Assembly: GCA_016200585.1 (NCBI GenBank)
Contig: JACQEN010000103.1
Span: 1-58,188 of the forward strand
From: Deltaproteobacteria bacterium
GTDB lineage: Bacteria; Desulfobacterota; Binatia; HRBIN30
Reading direction: 5' to 3'
DNA length: 58,188 nt
Below are positions 26,808 through 35,507 of this stretch, piece by piece; position 1 is the first letter of the stretch, and each line of letters begins with the position of its first letter. The notes beneath the pieces are model-generated. The model was not told the origin of the DNA. It did not search any database and was given only the letters and a program-made list of their open reading frames with translations. The position numbers and the translations under genes were made by a program.

Positions 26808-27884
26808 TTGCGTCGGGCGTTTGCGAGTACATCGTTGCCGTCGGTGGGTTCCACGGCCGAGTCCTGGTCCCGGCGCTGGTTGCGGCGCGCGATCACCCTT
26901 CCTGGCTACGCCGTGCTTTGCCTGCTCAGTGTGGCGTTGCTGCCGCTCTTCGAGCTGATTGCCGTGCTCGCGGATCGGTTGCGTGGCGGCCCTGCCGTTT
27001 TGACACGTTGCATTGCGTTCTTTGTCTTTTACCTATGCTGTGAGGTGGTCGGGGTTTTCTGTGCATTCGGTGCGTGGTTGCTTCACCTGCTGTCGCTAGG
27101 ACGGCAGCGTCGACGCTATCTCGAATGGAACTTTGCGCTCGAGTGTTGGTGGGCGCGGACCCTGCTTGCCGGGGCGAAATGGATCTTCGCGATGCACGTC
27201 GAAGCCGAGCATGCCGAGGTCGCGAGCCGTGGCCCTCTATTGTTGTTCATCCGCCACGCCAGTGTCGGCGATACGTTGCTGCCGGCTGTGCTGGTGTCGA
27301 ACACCTTCGGGATCCGCCTGCGCTACGTTCTCAAACGCGAGTTACTGTGGGACCCGTGTCTCGACATCGTCGGCAATCGTCTGCCCAACTACTTCGCTCG
27401 GCGTGGCTCGGGCGATAGCGAGCGGGAAGTCCGTGCCGTTCAGCAACTCAGCGAAAATCTCGGGCCGGCTGACGGCGTTCTGATCTACCCCGAGGGGACA
27501 CGTTTTACCCCGGCCAAACAAGCCAAGGTGATCGACCGTTTGGCCCGCAGTTTGACGCCGGATCTGCTTGCTCAAGTCAAAGGCTTCCGACATGTCTTGC
27601 CGCCACGTTTGGGTGGGGTATTGGGGCTCATCGATCGCAATCCGAATGCCGACGTCGTCTTTTGCGCCCACAGCGGCTTCGAAGGAGCGGGGACATTCCA
27701 CGATCTGCTCAAAGGAACACTCGTCAACGCCGCGATCCGCGTCCACTTCTGGCGCGTTGCCGCGAGCGAGATTCCCACAGCTCACGATGCCCGGGTGCGC
27801 TGGCTGTTCGATCAGTGGCAGCGCGTCGATGAGTGGGTGGAGGAGGTAACTCGGTTGTCGAACCGAGAGCAGCCGTCGTCCTGA
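26808..27884 (+). CDS. lysophospholipid / 1-acyl-glycerol-3-phosphate acyltransferase family protein (PlsC-like)
   Basis: 358 aa. N-terminal TM helices are followed by FIRHASVGDTLL (HxxxxD acyltransferase motif) and VLIYPEGTRF (EGTR motif). It has a non-ATG start (TTG 26808 or a downstream GTG), 6 nt after the esterase stop. Confidence 0.8.
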   Translation: MRRAFASTSLPSVGSTAESWSRRWLRRAITLPGYAVLCLLSVALLPLFELIAVLADRLRGGPAVLTRCIAFFVFYLCCEVVGVFCAFGAWLLHLLSLGRQRRRYLEWNFALECWWARTLLAGAKWIFAMHVEAEHAEVASRGPLLLFIRHASVGDTLLPAVLVSNTFGIRLRYVLKRELLWDPCLDIVGNRLPNYFARRGSGDSEREVRAVQQLSENLGPADGVLIYPEGTRFTPAKQAKVIDRLARSLTPDLLAQVKGFRHVLPPRLGGVLGLIDRNPNADVVFCAHSGFEGAGTFHDLLKGTLVNAAIRVHFWRVAASEIPTAHDARVRWLFDQWQRVDEWVEEVTRLSNREQPSS

Positions 27885-27924
27885 CTCCGCGTAGCGGGCG
27901 GTCGAACGATCTTGGGTCTTGCGC

Positions 27925-28731
27925 TCAGTTGGCGGTCAGATCGGTGCTGCTGTCGTCGCTGCTAGCTTCGGAGTCGGCCGGAGTACTGGGCGTGCGCGCG
28001 AAGAGGTAGGCGACCAGGATGCTGACGCCGTACAGGAAGAGCAGCGGTCCCGCCATGAGCAGTTGCGACGCCACATCGGGGCCGGGCGTCAGAACCGCCG
28101 CGACAATGAAGATGATCAGAATGGCGTAGCGCAGGTAGCCGAGCATCGTGCGGTGCGTGACGGCGCCGGCGCGTGCCAGGAAGAAAGTGACGACCGGCAT
28201 CTCGAAGGTCACGCCGAAGGACAGCAACATCCGCGACGTAAACGTCAGATACTCGCTGATGCGGATTTCGGGATTGATGTTGATCGTCGAGTACTGCTCC
28301 ATGAAGAAGCGGTAGCCGACCGGGAGTACCATGGCGTAGCAAAACCAGGCGCCGCTCAGGAAGAAAAAGGTGCCGAAGATCACGAAGGGCAGGGCGTAGC
28401 GCTTTTCATGCTCGTACAAACCGGGCGCTACGAACTTCCAGAGCTGGAAGAGCACGATCGGCAGTGCCAGGAACAATCCGGCGATCGCCGACACTTTGAG
28501 CTTGGTGAAGAAGGCCTCGACCACGCCGGTGCCGATGAGGTGGACCTTGTCTTCGCCGCCGCCGGCCGCCGGGTTGATCGACAGCAGCGGCGCGGCGAGC
28601 AGATTGAACAGCGCGTCGGAGTAGTTGTAACTGATGCCGAAACCGATGGCGATCGCGACGAACGATTTGACCAGACGCCAACGCAGCTCCTCGAGGTGCG
28701 ACGTCAACGGCATCTTGAGATCGGTCGTCAT
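27925..28731 (-). CDS. tatC: twin-arginine translocase subunit TatC
   Basis: 268 aa. MPLTSHLEELRWRLVKSFVAIAIGF..., six hydrophobic helices, classic TatC N-terminus. Confidence 0.93.
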   Translation of the reverse strand: MTTDLKMPLTSHLEELRWRLVKSFVAIAIGFGISYNYSDALFNLLAAPLLSINPAAGGGEDKVHLIGTGVVEAFFTKLKVSAIAGLFLALPIVLFQLWKFVAPGLYEHEKRYALPFVIFGTFFFLSGAWFCYAMVLPVGYRFFMEQYSTININPEIRISEYLTFTSRMLLSFGVTFEMPVVTFFLARAGAVTHRTMLGYLRYAILIIFIVAAVLTPGPDVASQLLMAGPLLFLYGVSILVAYLFARTPSTPADSEASSDDSSTDLTAN

Positions 28732-28778
28732 GCGTGGGTGCTCTGCGAGTCGCGGTCGAGGCCGGAAGACGGGGGCTG

Positions 28779-29117
28779 CTACTTGCGCTCGCTCGCTGCG
28801 GCTTCCGGATTGGGGGAGGCGGCAGCGGCAGCCGGTGATTCGGCATGCGCGGCAGTCTCGGCAGCGGGCTTCTCGGTGCTGCGCTCGACGTTGGGTTGCG
28901 GCATATTCTTGGGCTTCTTGCGTTCGGCGATGCGAGCTTCCTCTTCGATGAGGACGCGTGCGTTGTTGAGCTCTTCGGTCAGTCCGCTGGTGGCCTTGCG
29001 CAACTCGGCGAGGCCCTTGCCCAGGGCGCGAGCGACCTCGGGAAGCCGTTTCGGACCCAGCACCACCAATGCCACCACCAAGATAACGAGCAATTCAGGA
29101 GTGCCGATGCCGAACAT
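28779..29117 (-). CDS. tatB: Tat translocase TatA/TatB family protein (TatB-like)
   Basis: 112 aa. [42 protein letters not shown] shows a TM helix, hinge Gly-Pro and an amphipathic helix. The MFxIGxxELL start favours TatB. The tail is Ala/Glu-rich. Confidence 0.85.
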   Translation of the reverse strand: MFGIGTPELLVILVVALVVLGPKRLPEVARALGKGLAELRKATSGLTEELNNARVLIEEEARIAERKKPKNMPQPNVERSTEKPAAETAAHAESPAAAAASPNPEAAASERK

Positions 29118-29258
29118 GCGCCTACCGATCTTGTGCGGCGACGCTAAAGAAATCGTCCGAGTGTGTCAACGAACCTGGCACAAACGAACCTTGCGCGGCG
29201 AATAAATCTGCAATCTTCAACCTTCAATCAACCAGCTCCGTGATGTAGATCTCAAACC

Positions 29259-30284
29259 ATGGCGAACACAGGGATCGTCATTGATCCGCGTTATCAAGAA
29301 CACGAGACGGGCGTCGGACATCCGGAGCGTCCGGAACGAATCGGCGTCTTGTTGTCGGCTCTCGAAGAATCGATGGAGGGGCTAAGCGCAATCCCGCCGC
29401 GGGAAGCGTCGGGAGAGGAGATCGCCCTGGTGCACGACGGCGCGTACGTTGCCGATGTAGAAGCGACCGCACACAAGCAACGGTTCGCCTTCGACCCCGA
29501 TACGCCAACCTCGCCGCGCTCGTACGACACCGCGCGCCTGGCCGCCGGCGGCTTTCTGGCTCTGCTCGACGCGATCGTCGCCGGGGAGGTCGACAACGGC
29601 TTCGCTTTCGTACGGCCGCCGGGGCACCACGCCGAGCGCCATCGCGCCATGGGCTTCTGCTTGTTCAACAACGCTGCCATCGGAGCGGAATATTTGCGCC
29701 GCCGCTACGGAATCGAGCGCGTGCTGATCGTCGATTGGGATCTACACCATGGCAACGGTACGCAGCATATGTTCGAAGACGATCCCGGCGTGCTCTACGT
29801 CTCGACCCACCAATATCCGTATTATCCCGGAACCGGCGCCCTCGACGAATCCGGCTGCGGCTCCGGCGAGGGCTACACCGTCAATGTGCCGCTGCCTGCG
29901 GGTTGCGCCGATGCCGAGTACCGCGATGCGTTTCGCCGCGTGATCGAGCCCATTGCACACCTCTATGAGCCGCAGTTCGTCCTCATCTCTGCCGGCTTCG
30001 ATGCCCACGCGCGCGATCCGTTGGGGGGCATGAACTTGAGCGCGTCGGCCTTTGGCGCGATGGCGCGCTCGCTTCTGGCGGTCGCCGCCGCGCATGCGTC
30101 GGGACGTTGTGCGGCGATTCTCGAGGGCGGCTACGACCTGCAAGCCATCTGCGCATCGTCGTCGCAGGTACTGGCGGAGCTCAGCGGCAAAGCCCCGGCG
30201 CTCGAGTCACCCCCAGGCGCGAGTCGCATCGATGCCGTGGTCGAGCGGTTCGTCCGTCACCAGAAGCGCTATTGGAAGATATGA
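29259..30284 (+). CDS. histone deacetylase-family (class II HDAC / AcuC-like) deacetylase
   Basis: 341 aa. RPPGHHAE, DWDLHHGNGTQ and EGGY motifs are present. Confidence 0.92.
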   Translation: MANTGIVIDPRYQEHETGVGHPERPERIGVLLSALEESMEGLSAIPPREASGEEIALVHDGAYVADVEATAHKQRFAFDPDTPTSPRSYDTARLAAGGFLALLDAIVAGEVDNGFAFVRPPGHHAERHRAMGFCLFNNAAIGAEYLRRRYGIERVLIVDWDLHHGNGTQHMFEDDPGVLYVSTHQYPYYPGTGALDESGCGSGEGYTVNVPLPAGCADAEYRDAFRRVIEPIAHLYEPQFVLISAGFDAHARDPLGGMNLSASAFGAMARSLLAVAAAHASGRCAAILEGGYDLQAICASSSQVLAELSGKAPALESPPGASRIDAVVERFVRHQKRYWKI

Positions 30285-30384
30285 GCCCAGGCCCGGCGAC
30301 GACAGAAGACGAAACACAGCCGACCGCAGAACTCGATTGTTCTTTGTCGCCGGTTGGTTACCGGGTGTCGGTTGCCGGGATGAT

Positions 30385-32796
30385 CTAGAATCCCGCGTCT
30401 GCAGAGTTGTCGTTGGTGTCGCCGGCGCTGCTGCCGAATGTTTCAGCGGCGGGGGCGACCGGCTTCGCGCCGTCGGGCGTTGTCTCTGAGCCGTCTGCCG
30501 ATACGACGTGCACCGGGGGCTCGACGAAAACCTTGGGCTCCATACCGCGGCGGAAGCACTCCAGAATGGCCCCGGCCATCCCCGGGTTTGTGCGATGCCC
30601 GGTTGTCGGTTCGACCGGCACGAAGCTGATTCCAGACGGCACGTCGAAGTCGAGGATCGGCTCATCTTCCAAGGCGCGGCGCATGAAGCGCAACCAGATC
30701 GGCGCGACGGCACGGCCGCCGGTTTCGCCTTTTCCGAGCGTGCGCTTCTCGTCGAAACCGACCCAGAAGCCGGCGAGCAGCTGCGGCGTGTAGCCGACGA
30801 ACCATGCGTCGTTCATATCGTTGGTCGTCCCGGTCTTTCCGGCTGCGGGCCGGCCGATTTCATGAGCCCGCCGCCCCGTACCGCGCTGGATGACGTCTTG
30901 CAGGATGCTGGTGACGATGTACGCCGTCTCCGGCGACAACACCGGATCGAGTCTGGGTTCGATGTCGTCGATGAGGTTGCCCTGGCTGTCGGTGATCTTG
31001 GTGATGAAGCGTGGCTCGGCGTGCATGCCCTTGTTGGCAAAGGCCGTGTAGACAGCGGTGAGGTCGAGCAAGGTGACTTCGGAAGAGCCGAGCGCCAACG
31101 ACAAATTGGGCGGTAACGGACTATGGATGCCGATACTCTTGATGAAGGTGACCAGACGCTTGATCCCGAGTTGCTGCGCCAGCTTCACGGTGGGCACGTT
31201 GCGCGAAAAGGTCAGGGCCTCGCGCAGCGTCGTCGGTCCGAAGAAGCGGTTCTCGTAGTTGTGCGGCGTCCATACTCCGTTGTTGTCCGGGAATGAGACG
31301 GGTGCGTCGACGATCACGCTTGCCGGCGTGAACTTGTCGTCGAAGGCCGCCGCATAGACCAACGGCTTGAACGCCGAGCCGGGCTGTCGCGCCGCTTGTG
31401 TGGCACGGTTGAACTGGCTGCCGTCGAAGTCGGTGCCCCCGACCATCGCTTTGATGTCGCCGCTGCGCGGGTCGATGACGATGGCGGCGCCCTGCAGCGC
31501 CAGCTCGCCGCTGCGCTCGAACGTGTAGTTGGCATTTCCTTGCGGGTCGGTGGCCGATCCATCGGCGACACGGACGCGCAGGACATCGCCGTTGCGGTGC
31601 GTCGCGTGCCCCGTCGGAGCGGGGTCGGCAACGAGCACGCCGTGAAACGGCCCGATCTGCAGCCGTGCCGTGCCCCGCCCCGACGTTCCCCGGACGATGG
31701 CCTCGTAGGTCTTGCCGCGTTCCAGGGGCCGCCCGTGCAGGAGGCGGCGTTGCTCCTGAATGAATGCGTCGATCTCGCCGGGCTCGAGATGGCGCAGCGT
31801 ACCGTCGTAGTGCTGGCGCGCTTCGATCTCCCGCAGGCCGTCGCGCAGCGCCGCTTCCGCCGCGGTCTGTAGCCGCAGATCGACGGCGGTCTGGACCCGC
31901 AGCCCGAGTTGGTAGAGTGCCGAGTCGCCGAATCGTTCGTCGAGCATGCGGCGTACATGTTCGACATAGTACTGAGCGGCGACGAAGCTACCCTTGCGCG
32001 AAGCCAAGGCTATCGGTTCACGCATCGCCAGGTCGGCTTCCGCCGGCGTGATGAACCCGACGGCGGCCATGCGCTCGAGCACGTAGTGCTGGCGCGCTCG
32101 GGCCCTGGGCCAATGCTTGAACGGTGAATATTTGCTCGGCGCCTGGGGCAACCCGGCCAGGAGTGCAGCTTCGGCGACGCTTAGCTTGTCGATCGGCTTG
32201 CCGAAGTACTCGTTGGCGGCGGCGGCCACGCCGTAGGCGCCGCTGCCGAGGTAGATATGGTTGAGATACAGGGAGAGGATGTCGTCTTTGCTGAGCTGTT
32301 GCTCGAGGCGGATCGCCAGCAACACTTCCTTGAGCTTGCGCTCGTAACTCTTCTTCGGCGAGAGCAGCAGTTGCTTGACGACCTGCTGGGTGATCGTGCT
32401 TCCGCCCTGCACTTTGCCGCCCGCGACGATATTGTTGGCGAAGGCGCGTAGGATGCTGACCGGATCGACCCCTTTGTGCGTGTAGAACTGGTCGTCCTCC
32501 GCGGCGATGAAAGCGTTGCGGATCAGCATCGGAATGCGATCGATCGGCACGAGGTAGCGCTTTTCGAAATAGAACTCGCCGATGACCGATCCGTCGTCGG
32601 CGAGAATCTGTGTGCTCACCGGTGGGCGGTATTGTGCCAATTGGTCTACGGGCGGGAGGGTCGTCGAGACCTCCCAATAGATGAGGGCCGTCGCCAGGCC
32701 GGCTGCCACGACCAACATCACCACCAAGACCACCAAAAACGTTCGCACGCTACGCAAGCCCGCAAGCAGCTGTGCGGTTCGAGAAGCACCAGCCAT
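30385..32796 (-). CDS. mrcA: penicillin-binding protein 1A (bifunctional transglycosylase/transpeptidase)
   Basis: 803 aa. It has an N-terminal TM helix. GT51 motifs are AAEDDQFYTHKGVD, GGSTITQQVVK and RKLKE. Transpeptidase motifs are SAFKP (SxxK), SRN and KTGTTND. Confidence 0.95.
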   Translation of the reverse strand: MAGASRTAQLLAGLRSVRTFLVVLVVMLVVAAGLATALIYWEVSTTLPPVDQLAQYRPPVSTQILADDGSVIGEFYFEKRYLVPIDRIPMLIRNAFIAAEDDQFYTHKGVDPVSILRAFANNIVAGGKVQGGSTITQQVVKQLLLSPKKSYERKLKEVLLAIRLEQQLSKDDILSLYLNHIYLGSGAYGVAAAANEYFGKPIDKLSVAEAALLAGLPQAPSKYSPFKHWPRARARQHYVLERMAAVGFITPAEADLAMREPIALASRKGSFVAAQYYVEHVRRMLDERFGDSALYQLGLRVQTAVDLRLQTAAEAALRDGLREIEARQHYDGTLRHLEPGEIDAFIQEQRRLLHGRPLERGKTYEAIVRGTSGRGTARLQIGPFHGVLVADPAPTGHATHRNGDVLRVRVADGSATDPQGNANYTFERSGELALQGAAIVIDPRSGDIKAMVGGTDFDGSQFNRATQAARQPGSAFKPLVYAAAFDDKFTPASVIVDAPVSFPDNNGVWTPHNYENRFFGPTTLREALTFSRNVPTVKLAQQLGIKRLVTFIKSIGIHSPLPPNLSLALGSSEVTLLDLTAVYTAFANKGMHAEPRFITKITDSQGNLIDDIEPRLDPVLSPETAYIVTSILQDVIQRGTGRRAHEIGRPAAGKTGTTNDMNDAWFVGYTPQLLAGFWVGFDEKRTLGKGETGGRAVAPIWLRFMRRALEDEPILDFDVPSGISFVPVEPTTGHRTNPGMAGAILECFRRGMEPKVFVEPPVHVVSADGSETTPDGAKPVAPAAETFGSSAGDTNDNSADAGF

Positions 32797-32921
32797 CGGC
32801 TGGATGAGATAGGGCGAAGGGGCGAGTGGGTCAACCGGTCGAAGAGTCCGGCCGAAGATGGACGTCGGAGCGAAAAGGGCCGCCGGTCATCCTCCGCGGT
32901 TCCCCCCGCTTGAATCAGACA

Positions 32922-34085
32922 ATGCGACCAGTACAGTCAAGCATGTCCCGCGCGGTGCTCGCCGTCGACGACGAACCTGCCAGCTTGCGTGCGGTGCAGC
33001 GCGCCCTCGCCGATTCGTGCCGCGTGCTGAGCGCGTCGAGTGGCAGCGCGGCGTGGGAGGTTTTGGCGACCCAGCCGGTGGCTTTGATGGTGGTCGATCA
33101 GCGGATGCCCGACATGCTTGGTACGCAGCTGCTGGCGCGAACCGCCGCGACTTATCCCGACGTCGTGCGTCTGCTCCTCACCGGCTATGCCGAGGTCGAT
33201 ACGTTGATCGACGCCATCAACGCCGGGCACGTCTACCACTATCTCACCAAGCCCTGGGAGCCAGCCGAGCTGCGCCTGGCCGTTGGCCGCGGCCTTGAGC
33301 GTTACGAGGCAACTTTGGAACGCCATCGCCTGCTTGGCGAGCTCACCAACGCCTGCCAACGACTCGAGCGCGAAGCGGAGCAAAAGGGTCGACTGCTGAC
33401 CTTGGCAGCGCATGAGCTCGGTACGCCGTTGCACGTTCTGATGAACAGCCTCGATCTGTTGAGCGCAGGCGGGATCGCGCCGGCTGCATGGCCCTGGCTG
33501 CAGACGGCGCGTCGCAACGCGGCTTGGCTCGGTCGCGGCCTGGCGCAAATGATGACCGCCGGCGGCTGGCGGCAGCGCCCGCTGCCGTTGCGCGGCAAGG
33601 ATACGGACCTGCGTTGCCTTCTGGCGTCGGTGTGTGCGCGCTTTGCTCAGGCGAGCGTCGACGGCGGACGGCGCCTGCGATTCGATGTGCGCATCGCCGC
33701 AGCGCCGGCTGCGATATGGATCGACCCGTTGTGGATCGAACGCGCCGTTGCCAATCTGCTGTCGAACGCGGTTCGCTTCACGCCCGACGACGGCGCGATT
33801 CGCGTTCGCACGGCGGTTACGCCCGAGCATGTCGAGGTGGCCGTGAGCGATAGCGGGATCGGCATCGACGCGGCACATCTCGACCAGGTGTTCGAGCCGT
33901 TTTCGGCGGCCACGGGCGACGTCCTGCTGCATACCTCCGGCGAGCTCGCTTTCGGGGCGCGTGGCCTCGGTCTCGGATTGGCGATTGCCCGTAGCGTCGC
34001 CGACCAGCACGGCGGAACGCTGACGGTGACGAGCCAACTCGGCGCCGGAAGTTGCTTTACGTTACGCTTGCCGCTGCGAGCTTGA
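32922..34085 (+). CDS. hybrid receiver-histidine kinase (N-terminal REC, HisKA, HATPase)
   Basis: I take ATG 32922 as the start (ORF track begins at 32826). It has a receiver (VLAVDDEP...LMVVDQRMPDM...YLTKPW), a coiled coil, the H-box LAAHELGTPLH, an N-box LLSNAVRF and G-boxes DSGIGI / GLGLGLA. Confidence 0.88.
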   Translation: MRPVQSSMSRAVLAVDDEPASLRAVQRALADSCRVLSASSGSAAWEVLATQPVALMVVDQRMPDMLGTQLLARTAATYPDVVRLLLTGYAEVDTLIDAINAGHVYHYLTKPWEPAELRLAVGRGLERYEATLERHRLLGELTNACQRLEREAEQKGRLLTLAAHELGTPLHVLMNSLDLLSAGGIAPAAWPWLQTARRNAAWLGRGLAQMMTAGGWRQRPLPLRGKDTDLRCLLASVCARFAQASVDGGRRLRFDVRIAAAPAAIWIDPLWIERAVANLLSNAVRFTPDDGAIRVRTAVTPEHVEVAVSDSGIGIDAAHLDQVFEPFSAATGDVLLHTSGELAFGARGLGLGLAIARSVADQHGGTLTVTSQLGAGSCFTLRLPLRA

Positions 34086-34194
34086 GGCCGAGGGAGCGTT
34101 TCACCGGGGCGTCACAGCTTCAATCCACCAAGCTGCAATCGCTTGCCTTGCGATTCTCGACTGTCGCGGGGCGCCGTGTTTAAGATGCCCAACG

Positions 34195-34503
34195 ATGATT
34201 CCGGGACACGGCAATCGGCAAAGTCGGCACTGTCATCACTGTGGGCGCGTGGTCCGTGACACGGTGCATACGCGCACCGGCTACCGCGTCGACTTCTATG
34301 GCCTGCATACCGGTGACGTCGAGCCGGTTCAGATGCAACACGGCGACGAAGGTGAAACCATCACCATCCTGCGTCTGATCCGACCGTACGAAGTCTTCAC
34401 CTGTGTCGACTGCTACGCGCAGGCCGATGTGCAGGAAGAGCGCGAACGTCTGTTCCGTCCCGAGAACCTGGAAGCGGCGGCTGCCGCAGGAACGGAACGG
34501 TGA
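34195..34503 (+). CDS. hypothetical small protein with two CxxC pairs (putative zinc ribbon)
   Basis: 102 aa. It has CHHC (aa 13-16) and CVDC (aa 70-73). Its stop overlaps the GTG start of the Memo-like gene (GTGA), which suggests translational coupling. Confidence 0.55.
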   Translation: MIPGHGNRQSRHCHHCGRVVRDTVHTRTGYRVDFYGLHTGDVEPVQMQHGDEGETITILRLIRPYEVFTCVDCYAQADVQEERERLFRPENLEAAAAAGTER

Positions 34504-35366
34504 CCGGCGGCATGGGTAAGTGGCACGACGCGCGACTGGCGGGCCGCTGGTTCAGCGCCAATGCGTCCGCCCTGCGCGACGATATGCGGCATTGGCTCGA
34601 TGGCGCAACGCCGCCGTCGATGCCTCTGGTGCGCAGCCTGATCGTACCGCACGCCGGTTACATCTATTCCGGCAGCGTTGCCGCCCAAGCGTATGCCACG
34701 CTGCGATCGGTCTCGTACGCGCGCGTGGTGCTGCTGGCGCCGAGTCACTTTTCTCGATTCCGTGGCGTTGCCGTATTGCGCTGGGATGGTTTCGAGACGC
34801 CGCTCGGGCGCGTCGGCATCGACAGAGAGACGGTGCAGCGATTGCTGGCGCAGCCGTGCTTCGTCGAAAATGACACGGCGTACGACGAAGAGCATGCGCT
34901 GGAAATCCAGCTGCCGTTTGTACGTATGGTCCTGCCCCAGGCGAAGCTCGTTCCGCTCCTGGTCGGTGACCTCACTGCCGAAGACAACTGCGCCGTTGCC
35001 GACGCGCTGCGGCCGCTCGACGACGGCGACACGCTGTTCGTCGTCAGCTCCGACTTCATTCACTACGGTTCGCGTTTTGACTACCTGCCGTTTCCGGCCG
35101 ACGAGCGCGACCGTGTGAAAGAGCGCTTGCGCGCCTTGGATCTCGAGGCAATCGATCTGGTGTGCGCCGGCGACCTCGATGGCTTTCGGCGCTACCTGTC
35201 GAGAACCGGCGCAACGATCTGCGGCCGCGCCCCCATTGCCGTCTTCCTGGAATTGCATCGGCGCCGATCCGTGGGACGACTGCTCTGCTACCGCACCTCA
35301 CTCGACGTGACCGGCGACTATGAGCACAGCGTTAGCTACGCGAGTATCGCCTTCGCCGCGAGCTGA
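34500..35366 (+). CDS. MEMO1-family protein (AmmeMemoRadiSam system protein B-like)
   Basis: 288 aa. RSLIVPHAGYIYSGSVAAQAY, VVLLAPSH, EHALEIQLPF and VVSSDFIHYG are Memo/dioxygenase-B-like metal-site motifs. Confidence 0.88.
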   Translation: MTGGMGKWHDARLAGRWFSANASALRDDMRHWLDGATPPSMPLVRSLIVPHAGYIYSGSVAAQAYATLRSVSYARVVLLAPSHFSRFRGVAVLRWDGFETPLGRVGIDRETVQRLLAQPCFVENDTAYDEEHALEIQLPFVRMVLPQAKLVPLLVGDLTAEDNCAVADALRPLDDGDTLFVVSSDFIHYGSRFDYLPFPADERDRVKERLRALDLEAIDLVCAGDLDGFRRYLSRTGATICGRAPIAVFLELHRRRSVGRLLCYRTSLDVTGDYEHSVSYASIAFAAS

Positions 35367-35507
35367 TCGTCGTCGACCGGGCGGCAATCGCCTGCGGCAA
35401 GTTGTTTCGATCATCTTCGTCTTGCGGCGGGCCGTGACGACAGGGGCCGTGGCGGCTGCGTTGTCGGGCCCGAATGGCTGGGTTATAGGTGACGCGACAT
35501 CGCCTTT

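Noticed and set aside
29176-29194. TGGCAC ... TTGC in the tatB/HDAC intergenic region as a sigma-54 promoter.
   Set aside because: The spacer between the two elements is 9 nt instead of 5, so the GG-N10-GC geometry is not met.
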